In this document: positions 25,201-37,576 of the stretch, piece by piece
Position numbering within the stretch: the stretch's first letter is position 1
Layout of the letters: each line of letters begins with the position of its first letter
Assembly: GCF_023055435.1 (NCBI RefSeq)
Contig: NW_025964361.1
Coordinates: 31,062,001 to 31,126,000 of the forward strand
Reading direction: 5' to 3'
Origin: Haliotis rufescens
Lineage: Eukaryota
Length of the DNA: 64,000 nt
Notes under the pieces: generated by a model
What the model was told of the DNA's origin: nothing
The model's input: only the letters and a program-made list of their open reading frames with translations
Databases searched by the model: none
Program-made: the position numbers and the translations under genes

Positions 25201-28200
25201 GGTTATATTTGCATGTTTATTATATATGTGTAATTATAATATTATTTTCATGTTAATTCTATTTGTATGCCTCTCTATGGCCAGGTGAAGGAGTTGGTTG
25301 AGAGTGACTATTGGTCCACATGCTCTGAGGAGAGCATTGAATCATGGGAGGTCGATCCGGTCAGAGCAGAGATTCATCTCGCGAGGCTTCGTCGGAAGAA
25401 GGAGAGGGATGACATGATGGTCGGTATAACTATCGTTCTCGGAGAGTGAATAAGGATAAGTTTTATTCCATACTTGAAGGCCCCAGGCCCATAGTTTATT
25501 CCATACTGAAAGGCCTCGGGCCCATAGTACAATTATGTTTTCGTGAGTGGTTACAGATCCGTTTAAGTTGTAGGAAAGACCGAGGTGATTTAGGTCTTGA
25601 ACGTTTACCACTTTGAAACCACGAACGCAGCTATGTTGCTGACTAACCTGGACATATAATCAGGGCGAATCTGGAATTCAAACCCCCGACGAAAGGTTTC
25701 TGAGACGCCAGGAATTGCTAATTACAGCTCCTTAGACGACTGAGACCCGCAATAAGTTTTTATCCTTTGACCAAAAGTCGCTGTTCAACTATATGTATCG
25801 CTCTGCTGACTGTCGCTGCAGCTTGAACTGGCACAACCCCGCCAAGGCCCTATGGTCACCAGACTCATGTATGAAAAGAAGACGGGGAGAGATGAACATC
25901 GGGGCAGCAAGAAACCTGGCAACTTCAAGAGACTGGCCCGACGCAAGCAGAAGAAGGTGCAGGAGCCTAGGGAAGAGGAGGAGGAGGAGGAGGAGGGTAA
26001 CGATGTGGACGGCCCGGAGAGGGATCAGTACATGGCGCAGTACATGAAGAAGAAGCGGCTAGATGGCGTGCTAGAGGACGAGGGATTCTGGGACGAGGAG
26101 AGGGCGAAACAGACAGCCAGAGAAATATTTGTAAGTTTGTTGTTGTTAGTATAATGTTGTGTGTCTTGTAACAATATTTTTTGTGCCTTTATGAACGCCG
26201 TGCATAGCAATATTTCAGTATATCCAGTATAATATTGTAATTCAGTACTATAGCCAATACATGATCGTATATGGTTCAAGCAAGCAAGGGAATCATGTTA
26301 TGAGCTATGATTCATGCCACTGGGGTACGATGACACGCCAGGTCGCCGAGCCTCACCCCCTGTCCATTTTATAAGTCTCCTCTGAGACCATAGTTTGCTG
26401 AAGAGCTATTATAAATCGTAATCCACACGGGAGAAGAATTCTAAGTGATCAAGAGATATACATTTATATGCTTATTGTGATTACTTGATGTCTACAGACA
26501 GTTGATTGTATTCATATATAATATATACATTCCCAAATTACAATGTTTGAATGATGACCTCTCCGTGTCTCTTTAAAGGAATTCGAACGACTTGATGCCG
26601 AAATAGAAGGCAAAACAGCATACCCGGACATTGAGTTTGTTAGTGAGACTCCCGGCGATGAACAGGTATGTCGACATGTACACACAAACGCATGTACGTT
26701 TTGTAAATTAATCGATAAAATCTTCATCCTGTGGTGAAAATTGTATGAATGGAACACTGATGTTCAGTGATGGCCCAAGCATTCTCACAAAAGGGTAAAC
26801 ATGCAGTTTACAACTAAGCATTTAGCGCATATGCCTAAAACAGGGGAATGTTTAACATGTATTCTTGCGATAGTTTCACACATCGATAACACCGTTAACA
26901 TGTTCTGTGTGTCAACACTATCCACTTGTTACAGCAGTCGTCAGCTATGGAAACATCAACCCAGGAAGTGACTGTTGAAGATGAAACAGAGAAAAAGAAT
27001 TCCATCAACCGGCTCAAAGACAAGGTCCGGCAGAAGGTACATGTTATGAATGTGATATGTAGCTCATAAAAGTAATACCATTGTACAGGGAGGTTACAGT
27101 ACTATAAAATGACCTGGAATAGTCATGTCTATTAAGGATTATTCATACACTGTGTCTTTGTTTATCATTAGGGCAAGGATGAAGCATCGGTGAAGTTTAA
27201 GGACGACGGGATATCTAAGTCAGAGTACGACGACCAGCACGATGATGACAAGGTAATGTACATGTACAAATGTACTAAGTCCTCAAATAATCATGGACGG
27301 CCTCCTTGGTCAGGTGGTAGAGCGTCCGCCCTCAGAGCGGAAGGTCCGGCGTTCGATCCCCGGCCGAGTCATACCAAGAGACGTTAAAGATGGTACTTGT
27401 TGTTACCCTGTAAGGGACTAAAACAAGGACTGGTCGGCTCGGAGTCAGTATACTGTGTCTGGGTGGGGTATTCATGTTAAACTTCTGCATGGTAACTCAG
27501 TGTGCTGGCTCTATAACTCTGCATCAGTCCGGACTAGTACAAGCAGCCGCTCACGCACACACGTGCATGCACGTCGCTATTTAAGTGCCATAATCTTGGA
27601 CGCGACGTTAAACCCCATTTCACCTCACCTCTACTCGATGCTGTTATATATTGTGATCCACTCATATAATTTTCACACATTTTCTCATATGAAATATGCT
27701 TCCATTTCAATAGTTATGCTTTTGCCCTCTTGTGAGAAACTGTTTCCAGTTGTTTTTTGCGTTTCTAGTATTCACCCTTGCATATCTGTTCCTACCTGTA
27801 TATCCTTTTTTCCCGTTTTATCCAGACCAGGAAGCAGGTTACAGCCCGGGTGAGTCAACTCCTCACTCAGAGGCTGCTCGGGGAGGATCATACACAAGAC
27901 AAGAAATCAGCCCTGAAACTGAGCGAGTCTAGAAAGGTAATACCCACATTCTACAAACACTTTACAGAGAGCGTCATACGACTCTTGCTCAAAAGTTGTT
28001 TGATCCGGGCTACAACATTCAAATGGGAATCATTGATTTCATTATTGTGACTTGCACCACATGTTACCCGTCTTTTAGGTGAACAATTGACTTGCCTTTG
28101 CATGTGTTTGTGACGAGTGACCTTTACGGCATGAGGGGATGGTGAACATGTGCAAATGCATGTGTTGTATATGCCTGTTATTAGTGTGTTATAAGAATAA

Positions 28201-31200
28201 GTAGGTAAATCAATGGTCATATAATGTTAGGTATGCTGACGAGGCTTACGTTATCATATGATTGACCACGGGTAAAATGCTTAAGCAAAATTCTATTGAT
28301 TCAGTAAATTGTTTTTTGGAAGTTTCACGGCACAAGGATTACATTGGAACCATGTACATTTAAATTATGTCCGTATGTTGTATATCGGAGGTTGAATCAA
28401 CGCAGTTTACATCTGTCGTCTGGAGAGTGCTGGAACTGAGTGGTTTCTTTGTCGTGATTTCTTGCAGAAGGGTCGGGTCATTTTTGTTGAGGAAATGAAA
28501 CAAAGGCAAGCCCCGGGAACTCAACCAAACAGACCGGGAGCATTAGCACCAATCAAGAAGGTTGTAGGTAAAGGGTCACTTCCGGGTCAGAGACGACCAA
28601 TCACAATGGACCCCGAGCAAGCAGCGATTTACAGAGAAGGACTAGCTAAGGATAAACACATTGTGGATGCATTGACAGGTATGGTGCTTTGATTTGTCAG
28701 CGTTCCCTGACGTTATGTGAAATTCCTTAGTTACATTTAAAAGATGGATGGTGTAGACCAGTGTTAAAAACGTACCCTCAATACAACGACAATCTGGGTT
28801 AGATTTCCCCCATCGGTGTCATGGTGAAGCTGCTACAGTGTCTCCATGGCTGAAACACTGCTGACAGCCTGGAGTGGGGGCTTATTCGTTTAGCTCAGGT
28901 CATTTGGGAAACTGCAGAAAAATAGTAATCGCATGTTGTCTTGCTTATTTCAACCAAAAAACCTTTCTTCTTCTACATTGCAGCTGAAGATTCAAGGGAA
29001 CTAGAGAGTGACAATGAGGTAGGTCAGAAACATTTTCCAGATTTCATGAAAACAAAATTACTAATAATTATGTAGTTTTTTTATTTAAATTTGAGCATTT
29101 TAACTTTTGTGGGTCTATTTCTTTTCCCATAATTTGTGAGAATATTGTTGATGTGTGCTGGTATTTTTATCATGAAGTAATATCATAATGTTTATCACCT
29201 ATATTGCCTCGACAAATGTCTTCCCTTGTATATAGGCTGGTACTGTCAACAACGCGAATCCCTTTATAACCAGACATATTGAGCAATAATGAAAAGTTAG
29301 GGGCTCGACTTCATCAGCGAGTTTTTGTTCATAAGTGACCTGAGTATTGATTGTTTTATATCATATTATACATCGATTTGACCGAACTTTATTTCTGGTA
29401 TGACATGATAAACTTAAAAAATGCGATCTTTCTCGGTTCCCATTTGTTAAAAGTCAGATGATGGACACATCGGGTCGGTGTTCAACAGCAATCTGCGCCA
29501 ATGAACAATCATCAATATTACACACGTTTGGAAACAGCAGTATTAAATGCAGACAGCAACAGAATTATTGACCAAAAGAGGCTCTGACATTTTATTCTAC
29601 ATTTTCCAATTCGCCTAGGATGGAGATAGTGACCTTGACGAAGGTCATTCCCGATTATCACCACTGAATCGTAGGAAAGGCCGTGGTCAACAGATTGGTC
29701 ATTTTCCAAGAGTCCAGGGTATTTATCAACTTAACAGAGCCGCATACAGAGGTGTTGAAAATGTTTGGCGAAATACGATGTAGGATGTTTTTAATTTTCA
29801 CCATGTATGATAAGATATGCAAGTGTTGTGTAACTAGAAAAGCATTGTCTCTGCTTATAAGAGCGTTATTTAGTTACGTGGATAACAGTACCAAACGTAC
29901 AATTAACAAAGCAATGATTGTCATGCCATTGCTTGGTTTTGAAAATAAATTACACTTATAATTGAGTATCAAGGCTTTAGAAATACTTTAGATATGTTGT
30001 GCTTGCAAATGTTCGTGTTTATTTCCACAGGCCACGCCCGCGAAGCCTGGGGTCATGGTGGCTCGGTATGTCGTTTACGTTCATATTGTATGATAAACAA
30101 AGCACCATGGATAGAGATATACACGCTCAGAAACAACAATGATTATGTCTTCTTCGACTGCCTATTTATCAGTTAAATGACAATTTGTGTCCTTTTTTGG
30201 CCCTCTGAAAATGTTTAATTTTGAATCTGCGGGAAACCTATTGGTACGAAACGTATCAGACATGTTCGAAAGGCTGACGGCTGGTATTTCTTTTTCTTTC
30301 TTACACGTGCAAGTTTTGGACTTATGGAATAAAACGTTACATAAATACAATTAAAATGGGTGAACATTTTTCGAAAATATTTTTTAAAATAATACTTGCT
30401 CCTCAAGTTCAAGTACCAGAAGAAATATTCCTGAAAAACTCTTGAATATGATTGTTGGGCACATGTTATAATTAGTCTTAACTGATATTCTCCCAAAACA
30501 TGCACGTGTTTGAAGCCTAAATCTCATTCATATATGAATACAACTGATAACGTTCATAACACTTCCTAAGGTTTAAATTTCCATATTTCTTAAATATGCA
30601 GATCTAGTAGGCCAAAAAGGGTCCTTCTGATACCTTCACTTATGTTTTTTCACTGGGTCACCACATAATTGATACTAAAAAGACATGATGCACAGAAAAA
30701 CCGACGATTTTCGTAACGCAACTGTAACGGTAATATTTGCTGTATACCATGCTGCAGTCAGTATTCCTCGCCCTCATTACAGAGTACGACGGCTGATAAT
30801 AACGGCAAACCAACGGTACCGTACACAGTGTCCGCACCAAAGTTTCACTCTTACCTAAACTTCCTTCGTGGACACGGCTCCGCGGACCGACCAGGGCACC
30901 TGACCGACAGAGACGCCAGCTACTGTAGGGGCATACGGGCGCCCAAGGGGATGACAATGGACGACGCCAGACTACGCCGCCTGCTGGAGGAGCTGTACAG
31001 GGACAAGAAGTACATGGACACCATCATAGATGCAGAAGGTAACACCTTTAGGTTCCTTATCCAGTCGAGTTTTCACGCATTGCCCTTGAGTTCGTTTGCT
31101 TGTGTGTTGTTTAACGCCGTGTGTTGTTTGACGCCACCCCAGCAATAAATCAATCCACTGATTGACAGTATGAGCATCGATCTACACAAATGGGATACGA

Positions 31201-32290
31201 TGACACGCAGTGAACCTGACCACCCAATCCCGTTGGTCGCCTCTTACGACAAGCATAGGTTGCTGTAGACCCGGATCTTCACCGGGTAATTGTCATTGTA
31301 AATAACATTGTCAGTCTATAGCATTCCGGGAACTATTCCAAGCGTGTCGCCCTATGGGAGCCAGGTTAGAAAAGGTATTTTTCTGCTTATCGTAAGGTCC
31401 AACTAAATTGACTCGGGATGTCATACTTGGTGACTTGGTTGATTTCTGTCCTCGAACACAGACGGTGTCGCATGATTGTCAAATATGCACCATTGATTGG
31501 ACTGGCCAAAACTAAGATTTAAATCCGACTGTGAGATTGATGAAACTGCCTTTGTGAAGCCACATTTGGCAGTATATACGCTCGTTCCAATTAAGGTGAG
31601 GTGAGGTGAAATGGGGTTTAACGTCGCGTCCAAGATTATTGCACTTCTATAGCGACGTGCATGTACGTGTGTGTGTTTGTGTCGCTGCTTGTACTAGTCC
31701 GGACTGATGCAGATTTATAGTGCTAGCTCACTGAGATACCATGCCGCAGTTTAACATGAATATCCCACTCAGACACAGTATACTGACTCCGAGCCGACCA
31801 GTCCTTGTTTTAGCCCCTTAATGCCGAGCGCCAGACAGGGTAACAACAAGTACCATCTTTTAACGTCTTTTGGCTTGACGCGGCCGGGGATCGAACCCCG
31901 GACCTTCCGCTCTCCGGGCGGACGCTCTACCACAAGACCACGGAGGCGGTCCGTTCCAATTAAGTCTGAATCCAACATTTACAGGCCGCCGCGATATAAT
32001 TGGAATATTGCTCACTTCGGCATGAAACAACATTGCTGTTGATCTAAAATGAAATATATCAACATTCATTTTCAGAATCTAACGATGAAGAGAAAGTGAA
32101 GCATCTGGCCGCACAAGGGCGGGACTACCTGCTGCAGATGGCGCTGTTCTGGGAGGAAAAAGGTCCACTCCCTCCTCGCCCGTCCGTCACTTCTCTTGGG
32201 TTTAAACTCGAACGATCCAAATCGGCTTTCATTAAGGACGAAACGGAGACACAAAGACCTACAATTGCAAGGCATAAAACAGTATGCTGA
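16243..32290 (+). CDS. Gene B: type I single-pass membrane protein, 1016 aa; Cys-rich two-domain ectodomain plus ~680-aa charged cytoplasmic tail with an ODAD4/TTC25-like C-terminal motif
   Basis: join(16243-16312,17032-17209,18136-18251,18444-18572,19514-19690,20080-20183,21480-21597,21853-21861,22454-22675,23406-23590,24587-24628,25026-25124,25285-25419,25822-26130,26579-26665,26935-27036,27172-27252,27826-27936,28468-28678,28984-29018,30031-30065,30758-31038,32076-32290) = 3051 nt, all GT-AG, continuous frame. Signal MLKMKMQTCLVVLWSILLFVRES; TM IIGAVVAIIIIIIIITAIVIFIIC followed by KRRKKR; ends RHKTVC*; AATAAA at 32519. Confidence 0.88.
17251..17518 (-). mobile_element. SINE-like S4, full length
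   Basis: 15-bp TSD tgttgttgatatcta at 17236-17250 and 17519-17533; starts GACCCGTG, ends (AAAC)n. Confidence 0.92.
17650..17897 (+). mobile_element. SINE S3, degenerate
   Basis: taaggcgccgc...gagttgcgtcccttggg...ttcctcccacattaagctgac...gttaaac. Confidence 0.8.
19116..19279. mobile_element. MITE (Tc1/mariner-pogo type)
   Basis: TA|CAGTAAACT...AGTTTACTG|TA with internal gttcgttataa subrepeats. Confidence 0.8.
21853..21861 (+). CDS. 9-nt microexon of gene B (E-T-C)
   Basis: tttccttttcag|AAACCTGTC|gtaagt; phase 1-1. Confidence 0.85.
22144..22401 (+). mobile_element. SINE S3 with small internal deletion
   Basis: TSD ttttcttcag at 22134-22143 and 22402-22411; A-box tggcccagtcg, B-box gttcgaatcc. 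Confidence 0.9.
22822..23085 (+). mobile_element. SINE-like S4
   Basis: Double atgcttg(t/c)cgtaaaaggcgact unit, shared tail, (AAAC)n. Confidence 0.88.
23672..24014 (-). mobile_element. SINE S2
   Basis: Near-complete match to 53703-54059. Confidence 0.9.
24272..24439 (-). mobile_element. SINE S1, full length
   Basis: TSD aaagaaatg at 24263-24271 and 24442-24450. Confidence 0.9.
24672..24907 (-). mobile_element. SINE-like S4 (single-hairpin variant)
   Basis: Similarity to 17251-17518 but lacking one 22-nt unit. Confidence 0.85.
27296..27630 (+). mobile_element. SINE S2
   Basis: tRNA head, core gtcataccaagagacgttaaagatggtac, (CACCT)n tail. Confidence 0.9.
31095..31287 (-). mobile_element. 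SINE-like S4, degenerate
   Basis: gtcgcctcttacgacaagcat...ccggatcttcac. Confidence 0.8.
31596..31951 (-). mobile_element. SINE S2, full length, young
   Basis: Perfect 13-bp TSD cgttccaattaag at 31583-31595 and 31952-31964. Confidence 0.93.
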
Positions 32291-32518
32291 TATTGAAACT
32301 CCCACTTGGATGTACCCGTGACAGTTGTGAATCATTGATTAAGTGTTGGTGGATCAGCATGCTGCATGAGTGTTCGCAAGACTGTGTGAAAATATATATG
32401 ACTGTATATATGTACAAAGGTACTATACGTATGTACTGTGATTAACCTCCATATTGGATAGAGACATATACAAACATATATTCCTGCATCTTTTCTCGGT
32501 TGTTCATTTTGTCTTTGA

Positions 32519-32524
32519 AATAAA
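32519..32524 (+). terminator. Putative polyadenylation signal of gene B
   Basis: AATAAA ~230 nt after the stop codon, followed by TG-rich sequence. Confidence 0.55.
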
Positions 32525-32785
32525 TTAGTAACACTTGTGTCGTCAAGAATGGACGATCTAAACCCCTCCAGTATTGGTTTATGAAAGTGTGACAGTTATT
32601 ATTGAACCCAACTTATTATTATATGTAATTGAATCACAAATGTAGATGTAGCTTTGATAACCAAATACAAGTTAAGGTTTGTTTCTAAGTGTTTAAAGAT
32701 TATTGTATCATGTGTTGAAGCCTAGTAGTTATTGTGGACGTCTGTAGCCATTGTACCTACTCTGAGTATAACAGACCGGATTAGA

Positions 32786-32880
32786 ACTCGATCCCCGGGG
32801 TAAAACGTCGATCCCCGGGATAGGCACTCTATCCCAAGGGTAAGCACACGAACCTAGAGGTAAGAACGCGATCCCCGGAG
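32786..32880. repeat. 20-bp minisatellite, ~5 copies
   Basis: Unit approximately cgatccccggggtaagcact. Confidence 0.75.
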
Positions 32881-32902
32881 TTCGGGGCGTGATGTAACAG
32901 TG

Positions 32903-33183
32903 AATGAGTGAGTGAGTCGGGTTTAACGCCGCTTTTAACATTATTCCAATTATATCACGGCGTGTCAGTTTAATGTGGGAGGAAAGCCCGAAGTGATGCA
33001 GGTATCAGACGTTCACCACTTCGGTGAAACCCACGAGCACGGGTATGGTGCTGACAAACCTAGAAACATAATCGGGGTGAACCGGGATTCGAACCCACAA
33101 TCATAGGTTTCTGGCGTGCCCAAGGGACGCAACTCTGCACAGCGAATCGCGGCGCCTTAGACGACTGGGCCACCCGTGCCTCC
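32903..33183 (-). mobile_element. SINE S3, full length
   Basis: Imperfect TSD gcgtgatgt(a/t)aca(g/a)tg; complete head, body and (ACTC)n tail. Confidence 0.9.
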
Positions 33184-34769
33184 GCGCGTGATGTTACAAT
33201 GTGCGACACATGGTGGCGCTCAATAAGTTGATCGTAGAGCAACGACTGTCATAATAATAACTCCCATTCTTTCACAACTGTCAGATTAATCGTAACATTG
33301 AAGGACGTTGTCGAGCGATACCCAAAGGCTGGAGGACCAAAACTAACATGTGACCTATAAACGTCACAACGGAATCCTTTTTCTTCACACGACACCAGTG
33401 TTGTAACAACCAGTTAGCACTTTTGTATGGAAAAGTTCGCGAGACTTAACAATAGCACGAGAGGCCTCGTTCTGGGATGTTGCTTGGAGCGTTCATTTGT
33501 TACCTTTAAGAAGTACGCTCCACTGTCTGATCACATTTCCAGTCCAGATGTGAATCGCCCTATATAGTGTGAACTCGGACATTGTGTATGTGTAACCAGG
33601 GAAGTAAGTAATTGTTATATTGGTTAGGATAACAAAACGTGACTTAGCGGATACAAATAATGGCATAAGAAAACTGAATCAAACTTGCAAGGACAATCAA
33701 ATGCCCGAGCAAACTCCGCCTTTAAGATCACTATGCTGCAATCGACCAATCAAGCACGCAAGCAAGCAACGAAGCAGGCAAGCAGTCCAGATATAACAAA
33801 GAAGTATATTAGGACATATTACTAAACATGAAGCTGGGATTTCTTTCTGAAAATAATACTCTGTTTCCGAAAACGACGGATAAATAATATGTCCTCCCGT
33901 TTCTGTAGCGGATATATAAATAGATCACTGGACATGCTGGCTGTTTTGAATCAGGTGTGTGGGTTTGCATTGTGGGCTCCTCACAGAAATGTATGTTTGG
34001 TAGCGCTGACAGAAAACATAATAAACCCCTGGTCGGTCCTAACAACTGTAACCATTACAAACGAATACATGGTGGTTGTAGCATGATGGTGGCGTTTGTA
34101 AATTGTAAAATATAAACCGTCAGATACAATAAAGTATACACTTGAAAACTGGATTTGACCAGAACATTGCAAACGTTATGAAAACAGTCGCCGAAACACT
34201 GCAAACGGTCCCAAACACAACTATCAAATACATCCCCATAGAATAAACATTTCTTATTTGTTTCAACTTTAGCCACCATCAAACATGGGTATATATGTCT
34301 TTTGCTGGGCAGTTAATACAATGCATGCACATGAAGCATGAAAACAAACTGTGAATGTGCGATTCTATATAAAACAAAAACGATGATTCACTTGTACATT
34401 GTGAGAAGGAACTGCGAAATCTACACTATATACATCGCTCGACGGCAGGTCGACCGCATCACTTCGTCCTTTGACATCGTTCACCAGGATAACATGTAGT
34501 GAACATTCCATTATACTCGCCTTCGTGATAAACGTGACGACATAACTATATTTTTTTATAGGGATTATAGTTGGAGACGCTGTGGATCACCGTGTTGACG
34601 TGGAGTACCTACAGTATCATTGTCATTCTTTGACGCCATAGATGTGCGCAACGTGCACCACTGAAAGGAGGATTGAATGATTAACATAGAAACTATCCTC
34701 GGCTGCGGGTTACATTCTTGTGTTAACATGTTGTTGAATGTTAATTAGTCCCTGCCCCGCAGTGTTAGG

Positions 34770-34905
34770 TGAGGTGAAGTTGGGTTTAACGTCGCGTCCA
34801 AGATTATTGCACTTATATAGCGACGTGCATGTACGTGTGTGTTTGTGTGGCCCCGGACCTTCCGCTCTCCGGGCGGACGCTCTACCACTAGACCACGGAG
34901 GCGGT
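34770..34905 (-). mobile_element. SINE S2 with ~210-bp internal deletion
   Basis: TSD cgcagtgttagg at 34758-34769 and 34906-34917; head fused directly to tail. Confidence 0.88.
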
Positions 34906-37050
34906 CGCAGTGTTAGGGAAATATAATAACGTTCTGTCCGCCCGTCATTCTATCTACCCTATCAAAAAGCGTTAGTGGGATAAAGGAGGACAAAGAAATA
35001 CTAATCAAAAGAAGTTAACGATTCTTTCACTTTATTAGTGTTAATATGACACGGAATGACAGATTAACTATAGTAAAATGAACAAATCGGGTGTTCTTTA
35101 ACTTCATTTGAGTATTATACATTGTCTTGAAACTTTACAGTGTTTCGTATTTCATCAACGCCATCATACATCTTCAGTAGCGACAGTGTAGCCGAGTGGT
35201 TAAAGCGTTATCTCGTTACGCCGAAGACACGTTCGATTCCTTAAATGGATGAATTGATCCAGTTCTGACGTCCGGTGCTATGACATTGCTTGATTATTCT
35301 TAGAGCATCATTAATCCATACTCACTCACCCATTTCTCTTGCTGTGGGGAGGGATGAGTATTGATTGATAATGAAAGTCTCGTTTGAAGAGGTCAGTGTG
35401 TGAGTGTGAACCATTTATATTCTCTTCTAGGTTCTCCTGAGTAAAGTATTTTAGGTGTAGTATGAATTATCTGTGTTAGATGTATACTTCCTGATGCTGT
35501 CATCGTGTTTCAACATGTGTACACCTCACGAACAATTATACCTTCGACCCATCGGTTACCATTGTTTGGTTTGGGTAATGACATTCTCCTTCTCTCTTAA
35601 CAGTGACTTCTTACAGGATGTGTCCCGCACGTTAGTGTTGTTGGATGAGACGGCTAGTTTAGGGTCAATAGAAAGTTATAGTAGCGTATGGGCCCAAGGT
35701 GGTATGTAAATAGAATGGAGATATAATATTCTGCATAGTCGATGAATCGTGAGATCAATATACCACAACAAAGCGATAAATGAATGAGGCTGTTCGGTTT
35801 CTTTGTCAGATGGAAGGTGCTGGAGGCGAATCCGTTTAGTTTATCGTTTAAAATGAGAAATAAATAATGAAAAATTCACTTGAAAAGTTTCTGCAATGCT
35901 TTTCCATGATATTGGGAGATATTTTCGCTAAAATGTAGACTGCTGGCAATACAAAGTATACACTTAAAAATACAAACGTTATCAAACCGTTACGAACTAC
36001 TCTGAGGGGCATTTAGAAGTTGGGAGTACTATGTGAGGATAAGATATATGGATGATCAAGGCACCACTTGTTTGATTACAGTGTTAGAATCAACACAGAA
36101 ACGTCGTTCCTAATTGTAATAAAGAAGTTGTTCTATGATATATATTGTCCTTACTTAAACCGTTACCCGTCTGAAAACAGTCGCCGAAACAACTTTAGAT
36201 ACATAACACAGTTATGACACCTGAATCAAATACATCACCATCGAATAACCATTTCTTTCGTTTTTCAATTTAAACCATAATCAAACCTGGATGTGTACGT
36301 TCTTTTGCCAGGCAGTTTACATTGCAAATATTCAATATTTTAGTTATTAGGGGACTAGGGGTAACCAGATTCGGTATTTGACAGTGTGAACCACCATACG
36401 CTTCACTCAGCTTGTTATTGTATTCCCATTCATTTGAATGCATGACTGTCATATGATTTGATTAATCCACTGATTGTTAAATTCAAAATGTCACCGCGAG
36501 AGAATTATCACTTTCGATTATCCGCCAAAATAGACTCCGATGGGCATAAAAGGCAAAACAGTGATGAACGTTACACGAATGGATCACTGAATCTCGGTGA
36601 TGACATCACGTGTTCGCGTTGTATTTCCAAAATTTATCCACCAGAATGGGAACCTGTTTGGTTCTTACTTTTTATCACCTCATGTACACGTATAGATTAA
36701 CCATTATAATGATCATATGTGATCTAACAATGTCGGCATCGTTGTATTACTTGACAGAGAACTATGGCTTTTCTTGGACGTCGTACGTCTGGGCCATCTG
36801 TATTATGACCTTGACCTCCGCTCCCAGTGGGTGCTATCGTTAGGGTACAACATGCTCGCCCGTTCCTGAAACATCTGATGCCACCATTGAAATTATATTT
36901 AATTTTGCTCCCAGCTTGACTGTTCTTTATTTGACTGAAATATGAATATTGACGTTTTTTTCCATTGGGTACCATTGCTCATTTGAACTAAAAACTGATT
37001 TTGACGTTTCAGTTTTCCAGACAAATCAAAATTAACTTCAGACACTTATT

Positions 37051-37056
37051 TTTATT
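37051..37056 (-). terminator. Putative polyadenylation signal of gene C
   Basis: AATAAA on the minus strand ~520 nt after the stop codon. Confidence 0.45.
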
Positions 37057-37576
37057 TTTCAAAACAAACACACACACATATAAATAATCAAATACATCAG
37101 TGGTAGCGTATTGCATATCGCAGTCAATAAACAGCTAACGAAAGTCTACTCTTTCCACATAAACACACACAAGGTATAATTACGGATCATAAACGATCGT
37201 TATTTGATACATATGAATTTGTACATTAATTCATCACATTTAATAATAAACAACGTTGTATCTACGCCATCAAATATATTTTGAAGGAATTAATATGCTA
37301 TTTGTGTGATCTTTACAACCATTATTGTTTAATATATATTTACATAATATCATAACGTTCAATAATAAACAAGATTGTATCTAAGCCATCAAATACAATT
37401 TGAAGAAGTGTTATCCCCATAACAATCCATTTCATATGAGTAATCCCACAACTATCCCACACATGTTGATATGCTCTAATACATGGTGACACAATACATG
37501 GTGACCTGAATCTGATGAAGTAACACATTGTTAGTCCACTAATTTCGTCCTGTCCAATGTCAAGCACAATGCCCTT

